Shown here: piece by piece, positions 30,209-40,337 of the stretch
How the letters are laid out: every line of letters starts with the position of its first letter
Numbering within the stretch: position 1 is the first letter of the stretch
From: Candidatus Helarchaeota archaeon
GTDB taxonomy: Archaea; Asgardarchaeota; Lokiarchaeia; Helarchaeales; RDOG01
Assembly: GCA_019058315.1 (NCBI GenBank)
Contig: JAHPZH010000002.1
Coordinates: 480,001-544,000, forward strand
Reading direction: 5' to 3'
Length of the DNA: 64,000 nucleotides
Notes under the pieces: model-generated
Told to the model about the DNA's origin: nothing
Seen by the model: only the letters and a program-made list of their open reading frames with translations
Databases searched by the model: none
Position numbers and translations under genes: made by a program

Positions 30209-33154
30209 TTGAAATGTAAATTAGGTAAATACTCAAGAGTATTAGTATGTATTATTTCAATATTGGTTTTTTCTTGTTTCATAACGAATAATATAGTAAT
30301 TCCGAATATTTATGGTAATAAAAATAGCCTAACTGAAATAGATAATCCGACTGATGTTTTACTCGAAATAGAAGAGGCAGAGCTCGGCTTTTATAATACA
30401 ACGGGATATGCACGGGCAGTAGCAGTCTCGGGAGATGTGGCATATGTTGCTGACGATACTCAAGGCTTGCGGTGTATTAATATAACCGATCCAACAAATC
30501 CCTCTGAAATTGGTTTTTATAATACCTCAGGTGGTGCATGGGATGTTGCAATCTCGGGAGATGTTGCATACGTTGCTGATGGTTATAACTTAAGCTGCAT
30601 TGATATAAGCGACCCTACCAACCCTTCTGAGATTGGTTTTTATGATAACCCAGGGGTGACATATGGAGTGGCAGTCTCAGGTGATGTGGCATATCTTGCA
30701 GATTGGGGTGCGTTACGATGTGTGAATATTTCCGACCCGACCAATCCCTTTCTAATAGGCTCCTGCATCTCCGTAAACGCATGGAGTGTAGCAGTTTCTG
30801 GAGACGTGGCATATGTTGCTGCTTATTCCCAAGGGTTACGATGTATAAATATTACTGATCCGACGAGTCCCTCTGAAATAGGTACTTACAATACGACAGG
30901 AATAGCACGGAGGTTGGCAGTCTCTGGAGATGTAGCATATATTGCTGATAGCATTCAAGGTTTGGTCTCTATTAATATTACTGACCCAGCCAACCCCTCC
31001 CTGTTAGGTTTCAATAACAGTTGGGGGAGTCCAACTCGCGCACTAGGGGTGGCAGTATCCGGAGACCTGGCATATGTTGCGGGTAGTATCTTTGGCTTGC
31101 AAGTTGTTAATATAAGTAATCCGACTAATCCCCTCCTAATAGATTCCTATCTAACCCCTGGACAAGAGTGGGATGTAGAAGTATCGGGAAGCGTGGCATA
31201 CGTTGCTGACAGGCACCAAGGCTTGCGGTGTATTAAAATAAGTGAACCTATCACCCCCTATGAAATCGGCAATTGTCTAACTTTAGGCATAGAAGCATTT
31301 AGCGTGGCAGTTTCGGGAGATGTGGCATATGTTGCCGTTGCTGGCGCTTCTAATGATGGATACTTGCGGTGTGTAAATATAAGCGACCCGACTAACCCCT
31401 CTGAAATCGGCTCCTATTATTTTTTTGGAGAGCCACGTGGCGTGGTAGTTTCGGGAGATGTTGCGTATATTGCCACTTATACTGGAATTTTTGTGTGTGT
31501 AAATATAAGCGACCCGACCAGCCCCTCTTTAATCTGCTCTTTTTTTATCGGGGGAAATTCATATGGCGTAGCAGTATCGGGGGATGTTGCGTATATTGCC
31601 ACTGATGAACCAGACTTGCGGTGTTTTGATATTAGCGACCCGACTAACCCCTCTGAAATCGGCTCTTATTCTACCTCCGATTATACATTTGACGTGGCAG
31701 TATCGGGAGATGTTGCGTATATTGCCGCTGGTTCTGAGGGCTTAGTGTGTGTAAATATAAGTGACCCGACTAACCCCTCTGAAATCGGCTCTTATTCATA
31801 CCCAATAACAAGCGTGGCAGTATCGGGAGATGTTGCATACGTTGCACCTTCGATTGGAGGCTTGCGGTGTGTAAATATTAGCGACCCGACCACCCCCTCT
31901 GAAATCGGCTCTTATTCTACCTCCGATTATACATATGACGTGGCAGTATCGGGAGATGTGGCATATATTGCCGCTAATGGAACCTTTCGGTGTATAAATA
32001 TAAGTGACCCGACCACCCCCTCTGAAATCGGCTCTTGTTCTACCTCAGGAAATGTACATGGTGTGGTAGTATCGGGAGATATGGCATATATTGCCAATAA
32101 TGTATATTTGCGGTGTATCAAAATCAGACAATGTGGGAGAGATGATTTAGATTCAGATGGCCTAACTTTCATTCAAGAAGTCTGGGAATACAATACAGAT
32201 CCATCAGATGGAGACATGGATGATGATGGGTTGAATGATGGTGATGAGATTATGGTGTATCAGACGAATGTAACTAATAATGACACGGATTTTGATGGGT
32301 TGAATGATGGTGATGAGATTATGGTGTATCGGACGAATGCAACTAATAATGACACGGATTTTGATGGGTTGAACGATTATGATGAGATTATGGTGTATCA
32401 GACGAATGCAACTAATAATGACACGGATGGAGAGGGCTTAAATGATTATATTGAGATCATGGTTTATTATACAAACGCGACAAATCCAGATACGGATGGA
32501 GAAGGTTTGACCGACTACGATGAAATCATAATGTATCAAACTAATGCATCAGATTCTGATACTGATAATGATTTGATAGATGATTATAATGAAGTAGTAA
32601 TATATCACAGTAATGGTTCTAACGTAGATACTGATTATGATGGTGTAAATGATTACAATGAAGTTTTTATTTTTCCAACAAATATCACGAAGTATGATAC
32701 GGATGATGATGGGTTAAATGATTATGAAGAATTATTTATTTATCCAACAGACCCTAATAACAGTGATACAGATAATGATGGGTTGAATGACTCCAGTGAA
32801 TTACAGATTTATAATACCAACCCATGTAGTAATGATACAGATGGAGATGGGGTTAGTGACTACGATGAAATATTTGTATTTGGTACTGATCCGAACAATC
32901 CGGGTTCAGATATGGGAGAAGGTAATATTCCATTTGTACCACTCATGAGCACCATGAATGTAATGGATTTCTTGTTGTCTCCAATCGGTTTGGGAATTTT
33001 AGCAGTCATTGGAGTAGCGTTTGCCATGGCGATTATCGCAGTAAGATCCAACGCAAGTAATAAGAGAACCATCAAGGAATTATCAGAAAAAATTAGCAAG
33101 AAACAGCTTTCAAAAACAGGCTTGAAAGATTCCATCAAAAAGGAAGAATTATGA
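30209..33154 (+). CDS. Cell-surface protein: N-terminal signal/TM, about 14 LVIVD repeats, acidic Ca-binding (TSP3-like) repeats, C-terminal TM anchor
   Basis: VAVSGDVAYVA...LRCVNISDPTNPSEIG repeats, then DTDxDGLNDxxEI repeats and a hydrophobic C-terminal helix. Confidence 0.9.
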   Translation: MKCKLGKYSRVLVCIISILVFSCFITNNIVIPNIYGNKNSLTEIDNPTDVLLEIEEAELGFYNTTGYARAVAVSGDVAYVADDTQGLRCINITDPTNPSEIGFYNTSGGAWDVAISGDVAYVADGYNLSCIDISDPTNPSEIGFYDNPGVTYGVAVSGDVAYLADWGALRCVNISDPTNPFLIGSCISVNAWSVAVSGDVAYVAAYSQGLRCINITDPTSPSEIGTYNTTGIARRLAVSGDVAYIADSIQGLVSINITDPANPSLLGFNNSWGSPTRALGVAVSGDLAYVAGSIFGLQVVNISNPTNPLLIDSYLTPGQEWDVEVSGSVAYVADRHQGLRCIKISEPITPYEIGNCLTLGIEAFSVAVSGDVAYVAVAGASNDGYLRCVNISDPTNPSEIGSYYFFGEPRGVVVSGDVAYIATYTGIFVCVNISDPTSPSLICSFFIGGNSYGVAVSGDVAYIATDEPDLRCFDISDPTNPSEIGSYSTSDYTFDVAVSGDVAYIAAGSEGLVCVNISDPTNPSEIGSYSYPITSVAVSGDVAYVAPSIGGLRCVNISDPTTPSEIGSYSTSDYTYDVAVSGDVAYIAANGTFRCINISDPTTPSEIGSCSTSGNVHGVVVSGDMAYIANNVYLRCIKIRQCGRDDLDSDGLTFIQEVWEYNTDPSDGDMDDDGLNDGDEIMVYQTNVTNNDTDFDGLNDGDEIMVYRTNATNNDTDFDGLNDYDEIMVYQTNATNNDTDGEGLNDYIEIMVYYTNATNPDTDGEGLTDYDEIIMYQTNASDSDTDNDLIDDYNEVVIYHSNGSNVDTDYDGVNDYNEVFIFPTNITKYDTDDDGLNDYEELFIYPTDPNNSDTDNDGLNDSSELQIYNTNPCSNDTDGDGVSDYDEIFVFGTDPNNPGSDMGEGNIPFVPLMSTMNVMDFLLSPIGLGILAVIGVAFAMAIIAVRSNASNKRTIKELSEKISKKQLSKTGLKDSIKKEEL
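32225..32431 (+). repeat. Three near-identical 69-bp tandem units encoding 23-aa Ca-binding repeats
   Basis: Units start GATGGGTTGAA at 32225, 32294 and 32363. Confidence 0.85.
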
Positions 33155-33255
33155 GGCAGTTAATTCTCCATCCTCTATTTTTTTTTATATAATTAAATAT
33201 TTAATCAATTTATTCATGAAGTATATCATTATAATAAATTCTTATTCACTTTATC

Positions 33256-33364
33256 AGGTTCTTGAAGACTTTTGACCAAGCATCTTGCATGATATAGGCT
33301 TTCATGTTATGTGAGATGAAACCTAATAGTCCACTATTTAAAATGCTTTGATTCAAACTTTTTT
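33256..33364 (+). ncRNA. Candidate structured non-coding element between convergent genes
   Basis: 15-bp hairpin 33281-95/33304-18 (4 G-U pairs) with competing helices, paired ends, U-tract 33359-64. Confidence 0.35.
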
Positions 33365-33401
33365 AAATCATAAAAATAAAGAAAATTTTCTAAAATATAA
33401 A

Positions 33402-33578
33402 TTAACGACTTTTTGTCGCGCTACATTGCCTTTTTTCTTTTATAAGATGCCCACAAGTTAAAAAAGTTGTCAGACAATTCATACAGACGAATTTTTCGTT
33501 GTTATTTTTACAATCATTACACCAATCCTCTCCAAGCTTCTCTAATTCCTCTACGCCACATTTTGGACATTTAATCAT
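33402..33578 (-). CDS. Small Cys-rich zinc-finger protein (58 aa, not in ORF track)
   Basis: MIKCPKCG...WCNDC...CMNC...CGH...: three CxxC motifs plus CxH. Confidence 0.7.
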   Translation of the reverse strand: MIKCPKCGVEELEKLGEDWCNDCKNNNEKFVCMNCLTTFLTCGHLIKEKRQCSATKSR

Positions 33579-33785
33579 CAAATTTCACTTTATTTTCATT
33601 AATAAATTATGAAGTTTTAATTACTTTAATAAAAGTCTACGAAAAAATTCAAATAAAACTTTCTAAATCTAAATGTTTTGGAATGAACAAGATATTCCAG
33701 AAATTTGGGATAGTAAAACACAAACTATAAAAAATTTTATTTGAATTTGACTAATTCTGTTTGAACAATTAAATCGGTGAAAATC

Positions 33786-35300
33786 ATGAAACCGTGGTCT
33801 GGTAGATTCTCAAAAGAGACTGATAAGCTAGTAGAAGAGTATACTGCTGCTGAGGATATTACATTAGATAAAAAATTAATCATCTACGATATTATAGGAA
33901 CAGAAGTTCATAATATAATGTTAAATCGGGTAGGAATTTTAGAAACTGCAACACTAAATAAAATTTTATCTACGTTAGACGAATTAAAGAACTTATGGGA
34001 AGCGGGAAAATTTGCATTAAAGATTGACTATGAAGACGTCCATATGAATGTAGAAAAGTTTGTAATTGATAAAATTGGAGAAGAGACTGGAGGAATGATG
34101 CATCTAGCTCGATCTAGAAACGATCAAGTTCTTTTAGATTTAAGATTATATATTAGGGATGAAATTTGTGAAATCTTTGATCTCATTTTAGAGTTAATTA
34201 ATGTATTCATGGAAAAAGTAGAAAAAAACAGCGAAACTGTCATGCCCGCATATACTCATTTCCAACCAGCTCAGCCAATAACATTTGCATTTTGGTGTAT
34301 GGCACATGTTGATGCATTTATTAGAGATCTAACAAGGTTAAATGAGATCTTCAAGAGGATAAATACAAATCCTTTAGGAGCGGGCGCAATTGCAGGAGTT
34401 AGTTGGTCAATAGATAGAAGCATAACTATGGATCTTCTCAATTTTGATGGAATACAAGAGAATGCCTTGGATGTGATATCTTCAAGGGGTGAATTTACAT
34501 CTGAATTACTCGCAATTTTCAGTATAATAATGACTCATTTAGGCAAAATAAGTACTGATCTGATACTTTGGTCAAGCAAAGAATTCAATTTAATTGAATT
34601 AGATGATGCTTTTACTACTGGAAGCTCAATTATGCCACAAAAAAAGAATCCAGATGCTGCAGAGTTGGTAAGAGCTAAAGCTAATAAAATTATTGGATAT
34701 TTATCACAGAATCTTGGAATTTTACAAGGTTTACCTTCTGGTTATAATCGAGATTTTCAAGAAACAAAAGGACCCTTAATGTATTCTATTGATATTATAA
34801 AAGGATCTGTAAAAATAGTTTCAGGAATGATTAAGACTGTTAAAATTAATAAAGATCGGATGTTATCCCTAGCAAATAGTAACTTTATAACTGCTACAGA
34901 ATTAATAGATTTGCTGATGAAAAAAGGGAATATTTCATTTAGAACAGCTCATAAAATTGTTGGCAAATTAGTTGGTGTACTAATTTCTAAGGATTTAGAC
35001 CTTAATAACCTCAAAGCTACTATGATTGAAGAAACAATTAAAAATAGTATTAATAAAGAAATTGAAATTACTGATGATGATATCCAAAAAGCTATCAATC
35101 CATGGAAAACGGTTCAAAGAAGAGAACACATTGGAGGCCCCTCCAAGAAAGAAGTCTTACGAATGTATAAAGATAGAAAAAATATAATAAAAGAAATTAC
35201 TGAAAAAAATTTAGATAGGAAAAATAATATTAAAAAAAGTTATGAGTCATTAGAAAAACTTGTTCAAACTTTAATATCAAATAAAAAAACAAAAGAGTAG
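33786..35300 (+). CDS. argH: Argininosuccinate lyase
   Basis: WSGRF, EDVH, RSRNDQV, TGSSIMPQKKNPD. Confidence 0.97.
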   Translation: MKPWSGRFSKETDKLVEEYTAAEDITLDKKLIIYDIIGTEVHNIMLNRVGILETATLNKILSTLDELKNLWEAGKFALKIDYEDVHMNVEKFVIDKIGEETGGMMHLARSRNDQVLLDLRLYIRDEICEIFDLILELINVFMEKVEKNSETVMPAYTHFQPAQPITFAFWCMAHVDAFIRDLTRLNEIFKRINTNPLGAGAIAGVSWSIDRSITMDLLNFDGIQENALDVISSRGEFTSELLAIFSIIMTHLGKISTDLILWSSKEFNLIELDDAFTTGSSIMPQKKNPDAAELVRAKANKIIGYLSQNLGILQGLPSGYNRDFQETKGPLMYSIDIIKGSVKIVSGMIKTVKINKDRMLSLANSNFITATELIDLLMKKGNISFRTAHKIVGKLVGVLISKDLDLNNLKATMIEETIKNSINKEIEITDDDIQKAINPWKTVQRREHIGGPSKKEVLRMYKDRKNIIKEITEKNLDRKNNIKKSYESLEKLVQTLISNKKTKE

Positions 35301-35309
35301 GCGGTAGAA

Positions 35310-35489
35310 TTGAGTAAGAAAGCAATCTGTCCAGAATGTTATTTCGAATTTGAAGTTGATGAAGGCGTAATTATGGGCGAAGTCTTAACTTGCGAAGATT
35401 GTGGAGTAGATTTAGAAATTATTGAAATTGGAGATAAAGAAGTTAAATTACAGTTAGCTGACGTCGAAGAAGAGGATTGGGGAGAGTAG
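35310..35489 (+). CDS. lysW: Amino-group carrier protein LysW (59 aa, not in ORF track)
   Basis: MSKKAICPEC...CEDCG...EEEDWGE*: zinc ribbon with the diagnostic C-terminal EDWGE, directly upstream of lysX. Confidence 0.95.
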   Translation: MSKKAICPECYFEFEVDEGVIMGEVLTCEDCGVDLEIIEIGDKEVKLQLADVEEEDWGE

Positions 35490-35526
35490 AGGGGAGAATA
35501 ACTAAATTAATTAAACAGGAATACAA

Positions 35527-36414
35527 ATGCTCATCACTATTATATTCAATCGAATTAGTTGGGAAGAAAAACAATTAATTACTGAAGGTAAACGAAAAGG
35601 AGTAAATGTTGAAACACTAGATAATCGAAATATATTCTTTGATTTAGAAAAAAAGAAGTTTGAATCTGATGTATTTTTACAAAGATCGTTAAGTTATTTA
35701 AGAGGTTTATATTCTACTGCTATTCTGGAAAATCAAGGCAATTCTGTCGTTAACTCATATACAACGACAAGAATTTGTGGTGATAAACTAATAACTTCTC
35801 TAGAACTAATTAAAGCGGGCATTCCCGTGCCTAAAACATATTGTGCATTTACCAAAGAGAGTGCCTTAGAAGCTTTAGAAGAGGTCGGATATCCCGCTAT
35901 TATAAAACCAGTAATTGGAAGTTGGGGTCGATTAGTTGCATTACTAAAGGAGCCAGAGACTGCAATAGCAGTATTAGAGGATCGAGAAACTCTTGGACAA
36001 CTTTACCAAAAAATTTTCTATATACAAGAATATGTAAAAATGCCCCCTAGGGATAGACAAAAATATTTGAATCGAAAATCTGTTGCAAGAGATATTAGAT
36101 CATTTGTCGTAGGGGATGAGGTAGTAGAAGCTATGAACCGATATCCTATACCTGGAGATTGGCGAAGTGCTGCAACTCGAGGTGCAAAAGCCGAAACTTG
36201 CAAAATTACACCGGAAATTGAGGAATTATCCCTAAAAGCAGCAAAAGTGGTAAAAGGTGAGATTTTAGGGATAGATTTAATGGAAAATGAAAAAAATGAA
36301 TTAATGGTACAAGAAATTAATCATGGTCCAGGTTTTAAAGCCATTAGTCTTTCAACAGGTAGAAATATCGCTGGTAAAATAATTGATTATTTAATTCAAA
36401 AATATAAGAAATAA
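35527..36414 (+). CDS. lysX: LysW ligase, ATP-grasp (LysX/ArgX)
   Basis: WEEK, KPVIGSWGRLV, QEYV, RDIR; follows lysW. Confidence 0.9.
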   Translation: MLITIIFNRISWEEKQLITEGKRKGVNVETLDNRNIFFDLEKKKFESDVFLQRSLSYLRGLYSTAILENQGNSVVNSYTTTRICGDKLITSLELIKAGIPVPKTYCAFTKESALEALEEVGYPAIIKPVIGSWGRLVALLKEPETAIAVLEDRETLGQLYQKIFYIQEYVKMPPRDRQKYLNRKSVARDIRSFVVGDEVVEAMNRYPIPGDWRSAATRGAKAETCKITPEIEELSLKAAKVVKGEILGIDLMENEKNELMVQEINHGPGFKAISLSTGRNIAGKIIDYLIQKYKK

Positions 36415-36450
36415 TTTTTTCTATTTTATGTAATTTAAAAGATGAGATAA

Positions 36451-37275
36451 GTGAATGTAATCGTTGTTAAAATTGGAGGAAAATTAATTTCTCAAGAGAA
36501 CGAAGTTTCAAAAGTTTTAGACGATATAGCAACCTTACATAAAGATAATAAAATAATTCTCGTTCATGGAGGAGGTCCTCAAATCAATAATTTATTAGAA
36601 AGATTGGGGAAAACTCCAATTATGGTTAAATCTCCATCTGGAATGACAAGTCGATTTACCGATAATGAGACCTTAAATGTTGCTGAAATGGTCATGGGTG
36701 GAAAAATTAACAAAGATCTAGTCGCATTACTACAAAGTCGGGGCGTTTCTGCAGTAGGGCTCTCCGGAATAGATGGAGCAACAGTACAAGCAAAGAAAAA
36801 AGATAAATTAATGACAATTGATGAAAAAACAGGGAAGAAAAGAATACTTCATGGTGATTGCAGTGGTAAAATCGAAAAAGTCGATATTAAATTACTACAA
36901 CTACTATTGGAAAATGGATATGTTCCAGTAATTTCTGCACTAGCTATTAGTGAAAATAATGAACCATTAAATGTAGATGGAGATAGATCCGCTCTAAATA
37001 TCGGAAGTGCATTTAAGGCAGATAAATTAATACTATTGACAGATGTGAAAGGTATTATATTAGATAATGAAGTCGTAAAAACGGTAGGAAGGGAAGAAAT
37101 TGATAACTTAATGCAAAAAATCGAAGGTGGGATGAGGAAAAAACTTTTTGCAGCAAAAGAAGCTTTGAATAAAGGATTAAAAGAAATTATAATTGCTTCT
37201 GGATTAATTGATAATCCAGTTATTTCTGCTTTATCAGGAAAAATAGGAACTTCAATTGCGTGGAAATACTTCTAA
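36451..37275 (+). CDS. lysZ: LysW-glutamate/aminoadipate kinase (LysZ/ArgB)
   Basis: VVKIGG, VHGGG, SRFTD, LNVDGDR, GGMRKK. Confidence 0.9.
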   Translation: MNVIVVKIGGKLISQENEVSKVLDDIATLHKDNKIILVHGGGPQINNLLERLGKTPIMVKSPSGMTSRFTDNETLNVAEMVMGGKINKDLVALLQSRGVSAVGLSGIDGATVQAKKKDKLMTIDEKTGKKRILHGDCSGKIEKVDIKLLQLLLENGYVPVISALAISENNEPLNVDGDRSALNIGSAFKADKLILLTDVKGIILDNEVVKTVGREEIDNLMQKIEGGMRKKLFAAKEALNKGLKEIIIASGLIDNPVISALSGKIGTSIAWKYF

Positions 37276-37282
37276 TTAAATC

Positions 37283-38452
37283 TTAAATAAATAAATTTAA
37301 ATCAAAATTGAATTTATTGAATAATTTTTGATAATATATTATTAATACTTGGATTGCAGCTAATGGTGCACCCCCATTAATATGAGGTAAAGTTATTTCA
37401 TTTTCTTTCATCTGAAAATATAGACCATTTTTCATTTTTGGATTTCCTTTTCTGCACTGATATTGCAATAATCTTTTAATTGCTCTATTTAAATCTCCAT
37501 TTTCAAATTTATAACCAGTAAAAAGATCATGCAATAACCATAGACGAAGTGTTTGTATAAGTTCATATATACTTTCTTCAGGGATTACTTTTCCATCTAT
37601 AAACTGACGTGGAAAGGCACCATTTTGGAATTGAAGAGAAAGTATCCATTCAGTAGCTTTTTGCGAGCTTTTTAAATATTGTTTATTCTGGTATTTTAAA
37701 CCTGTATATAATAAGGCTTCCGCTGCATAAAGGTGAGCATGAACTTGCGTATTTTCTATTTTTTGAAATGTAGGAAATCGTCCATTATTTTGTTGTTTTT
37801 TTAATGCCCAATCGCAGATTTTTAGTGCTTTCTCCTTTAATAAACTGTTTTTAGTGATTTCATATAAATTCAATAGACCAATCGCAATTTTCGCATGGTG
37901 TGGTTCGCTATGTAAGGACCAAGCAGAAATATCTTCTATTATTTTCCCTTTTTCATAATCATATGCGGCATGGAAAGACCCATCAGGCTTTTGCATATTA
38001 TTAATTAGCCAATTCGCAATTTTTTCAGCAATTTCGAGATATTTTTTCTCATTTGTATATCTATAAAGGTTTACTAGACCATTGAGACATATCCCGTTAT
38101 CAAATGAAAATAACCATGGTCGCATTGTTTTACTATCATAGAAAAATCTATCATCAATTGCCCCATAGATGTTTTTTTCTGCTAGATTAATTATATAATC
38201 TGCAGCTAGTTTCGCACGTTCAATTAACAGTGGATCAGGTTCAAATTCATTTATATACAGAAAACTAGTGATAGCATACCCAGTAAGCTCGGAATATGCA
38301 AAGGCATAAGAATCTGTTTTAAAATTGTAATAAATTCTCATAGAACCCTTAGTAAAATCGTCATCCATGCTCTGGATTCCAGAATTTAACAACCAATTTT
38401 TTAGTTCACAAATTATTTTGTAAATTTTGCTTTTTTCATTATTTCTATGCAT
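37283..38452 (-). CDS. (alpha/alpha)6-barrel protein (prenyltransferase/six-hairpin glycosidase-like)
   Basis: YSELTGY and repeated W...Q..DG.F motifs. Confidence 0.6.
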   Translation of the reverse strand: MHRNNEKSKIYKIICELKNWLLNSGIQSMDDDFTKGSMRIYYNFKTDSYAFAYSELTGYAITSFLYINEFEPDPLLIERAKLAADYIINLAEKNIYGAIDDRFFYDSKTMRPWLFSFDNGICLNGLVNLYRYTNEKKYLEIAEKIANWLINNMQKPDGSFHAAYDYEKGKIIEDISAWSLHSEPHHAKIAIGLLNLYEITKNSLLKEKALKICDWALKKQQNNGRFPTFQKIENTQVHAHLYAAEALLYTGLKYQNKQYLKSSQKATEWILSLQFQNGAFPRQFIDGKVIPEESIYELIQTLRLWLLHDLFTGYKFENGDLNRAIKRLLQYQCRKGNPKMKNGLYFQMKENEITLPHINGGAPLAAIQVLIIYYQKLFNKFNFDLNLFI

Positions 38453-38508
38453 TAAAAAAGAAACTAATAATAATTCTATATATTATTTTTCATTGTAGGT
38501 TGTGTTTT

Positions 38509-39291
38509 ATGAGTTATAAAATTAAATATGTTCCTAAAAATGGATTCATTTCCCTTATAGATAAGAAGAATAAATTCTTGAAAAATATTCAATTTGGAAT
38601 ATTAAACCTCAAAAAGTCTTCGTATTCTGAAAAAAGTCTAGATTTCGAAACAGTATTGGTTATTTTAAGCGGAAAATGTTCCGTAAGAGTAGACGGGAAT
38701 AAATGGGATTCGATAGGGGAAAGAGATGATGTATTTGGAGGAAAAGCATATGCTGTATACATTCCTCCAAATTCTGATTTTACAGTCGAAGCTATAGAGA
38801 AAGTGGAAATCGCGGTTTGCAAAGCCCATACTTCATTTAAAGGGGAACCAAAATTAATTATTCCTTCTGAAGTCAAACTCAACATAGTAGGAAAAGATAA
38901 TTGGCAACGAAATGTTTATGATATAGTCCGAGATAACGTAAATGCACAAAAACTTGTAGTTGGAGAAACAATAAATCCTTCTGGTAATTGGAGTTCATAT
39001 CCTCCTCATAAACATGATGAAACTTCTGAAAATGAAGTTAAAATGGAAGAAATATATTTTTTTAAGATCAAACCCGAACAGGGATTTGGATTTCAAAGAC
39101 TTTATAATCCCGATAGATCGCTTGATGAGACTTATACCATTGAAAATAACGACCTTGTAATTATCCCGAAAGGTTATCATCCTGTAGTAGCAGCACCAGG
39201 TTATAAATTATATTATTTATGGGTGTTAGCAGGAGAAACAAGAACTTTAAAACCAAATGATGATCCAAATCATACTTGGATAAAAGATTAG
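38509..39291 (+). CDS. iolB: 5-deoxy-glucuronate isomerase
   Basis: GNWSSYPPHKHD, EEIYFF, PKGYHPV...YYLWV. Confidence 0.92.
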   Translation: MSYKIKYVPKNGFISLIDKKNKFLKNIQFGILNLKKSSYSEKSLDFETVLVILSGKCSVRVDGNKWDSIGERDDVFGGKAYAVYIPPNSDFTVEAIEKVEIAVCKAHTSFKGEPKLIIPSEVKLNIVGKDNWQRNVYDIVRDNVNAQKLVVGETINPSGNWSSYPPHKHDETSENEVKMEEIYFFKIKPEQGFGFQRLYNPDRSLDETYTIENNDLVIIPKGYHPVVAAPGYKLYYLWVLAGETRTLKPNDDPNHTWIKD

Positions 39292-39292
39292 A

Positions 39293-40324
39293 TTATTTAA
39301 AATAGGGTAACACTTTTTCTGAAAAATCAGTAATAAACGTTCTAGCCCCTGGCATTAATTCTGGGCTTAAGATAAAATGAGTATTTCCAACTTTAACAAA
39401 TTCTTCAATTTTTTCGATAATATCCTCTGCTGATCCAAAAGCAAAGCATTTTTCAAGAATTTCATTTGGGATCTTCTTTGCTGTCTCAAGTAATTTCTGA
39501 TAATTTTTCGGTGTAGGAATAAATTCAGAAGGAGAAAAATCAGATGTAATTTCAAATCCTAACCGCTTAGTTTGCTCAGGAGAATAGGATAATATAATTT
39601 TCGCCGGCATTTTAATTTTTTCAAATACTTCGTCTCTATTTTTTCCTAGACCAAGGAAAAGAAAATTACTATAAATCATTTCGTCTAATTTACGACCATT
39701 TTTTTTCATAATTTCCTCGATTATTTTTTTATTTTTTGAATATAATTCTGGTGATAATCGTACAGGAATCCAACCATCAGCAAGTTCTCCAGTAAGTTGT
39801 AAAGTTCTCATATTATTAGCGGCAAGCCATATTGGTGGATATTTTTGGATTGGTTTTGGACGAATCATCGCCTTATTTAGATTATAAAATTGCCCATGAT
39901 AAGTTACAGGTCTTCCTTTCCATAATAACTTAATAATTTCTATAAATTCTCTTAATTTGGATATAGGGTTTTTCCAATCGATCCCATATGGATTTAAATT
40001 CATTGCAGCACCTGCACCTAAACCTAGAATTATTCTTCCTTTAGTAAAAGAATCAAGAGTCACAATTGTTTGCGCAAGAGATGCAGGATGCCTGATATGG
40101 GGATTGGTTACGCATGTTCCTAATTTGGTTGAAATGTTTTTTTTTGTTCCTAAAATGGATAGAATACACCAAGGGTCCAATGAATCTGGCACTCCAATAC
40201 CCATTAAGTGGTCGGGCATCCAAATTGAGTCAAAACCTGCTCCATCAGCCTCTATTGATAATTTTATAACTGTATTTGGATTATGAAGGGGCAGAACATA
40301 TCCAAATTTAACCTTTTTATCCAA
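39293..40324 (-). CDS. LLM-class (probably F420-dependent) oxidoreductase
   Basis: GFDSIWMPDH, RHPA.LAQ...TLD, GRIILGLGAG, GELADGW. Confidence 0.9.
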   Translation of the reverse strand: MDKKVKFGYVLPLHNPNTVIKLSIEADGAGFDSIWMPDHLMGIGVPDSLDPWCILSILGTKKNISTKLGTCVTNPHIRHPASLAQTIVTLDSFTKGRIILGLGAGAAMNLNPYGIDWKNPISKLREFIEIIKLLWKGRPVTYHGQFYNLNKAMIRPKPIQKYPPIWLAANNMRTLQLTGELADGWIPVRLSPELYSKNKKIIEEIMKKNGRKLDEMIYSNFLFLGLGKNRDEVFEKIKMPAKIILSYSPEQTKRLGFEITSDFSPSEFIPTPKNYQKLLETAKKIPNEILEKCFAFGSAEDIIEKIEEFVKVGNTHFILSPELMPGARTFITDFSEKVLPYFK

Positions 40325-40337
40325 ATTAATTACCTGA

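Noticed and set aside
30380-32900. Repeats as a CRISPR array or diversity-generating retroelement
   Set aside because: They are in-frame protein repeats with no spacer structure, and no cas gene or reverse transcriptase is present in the window.
36040-36090. LysX insertion as a second in-frame BHB intron
   Set aside because: No consistent 4-bp central helix with two 3-nt bulges and flanking helices; the best trial excision shifts the frame.
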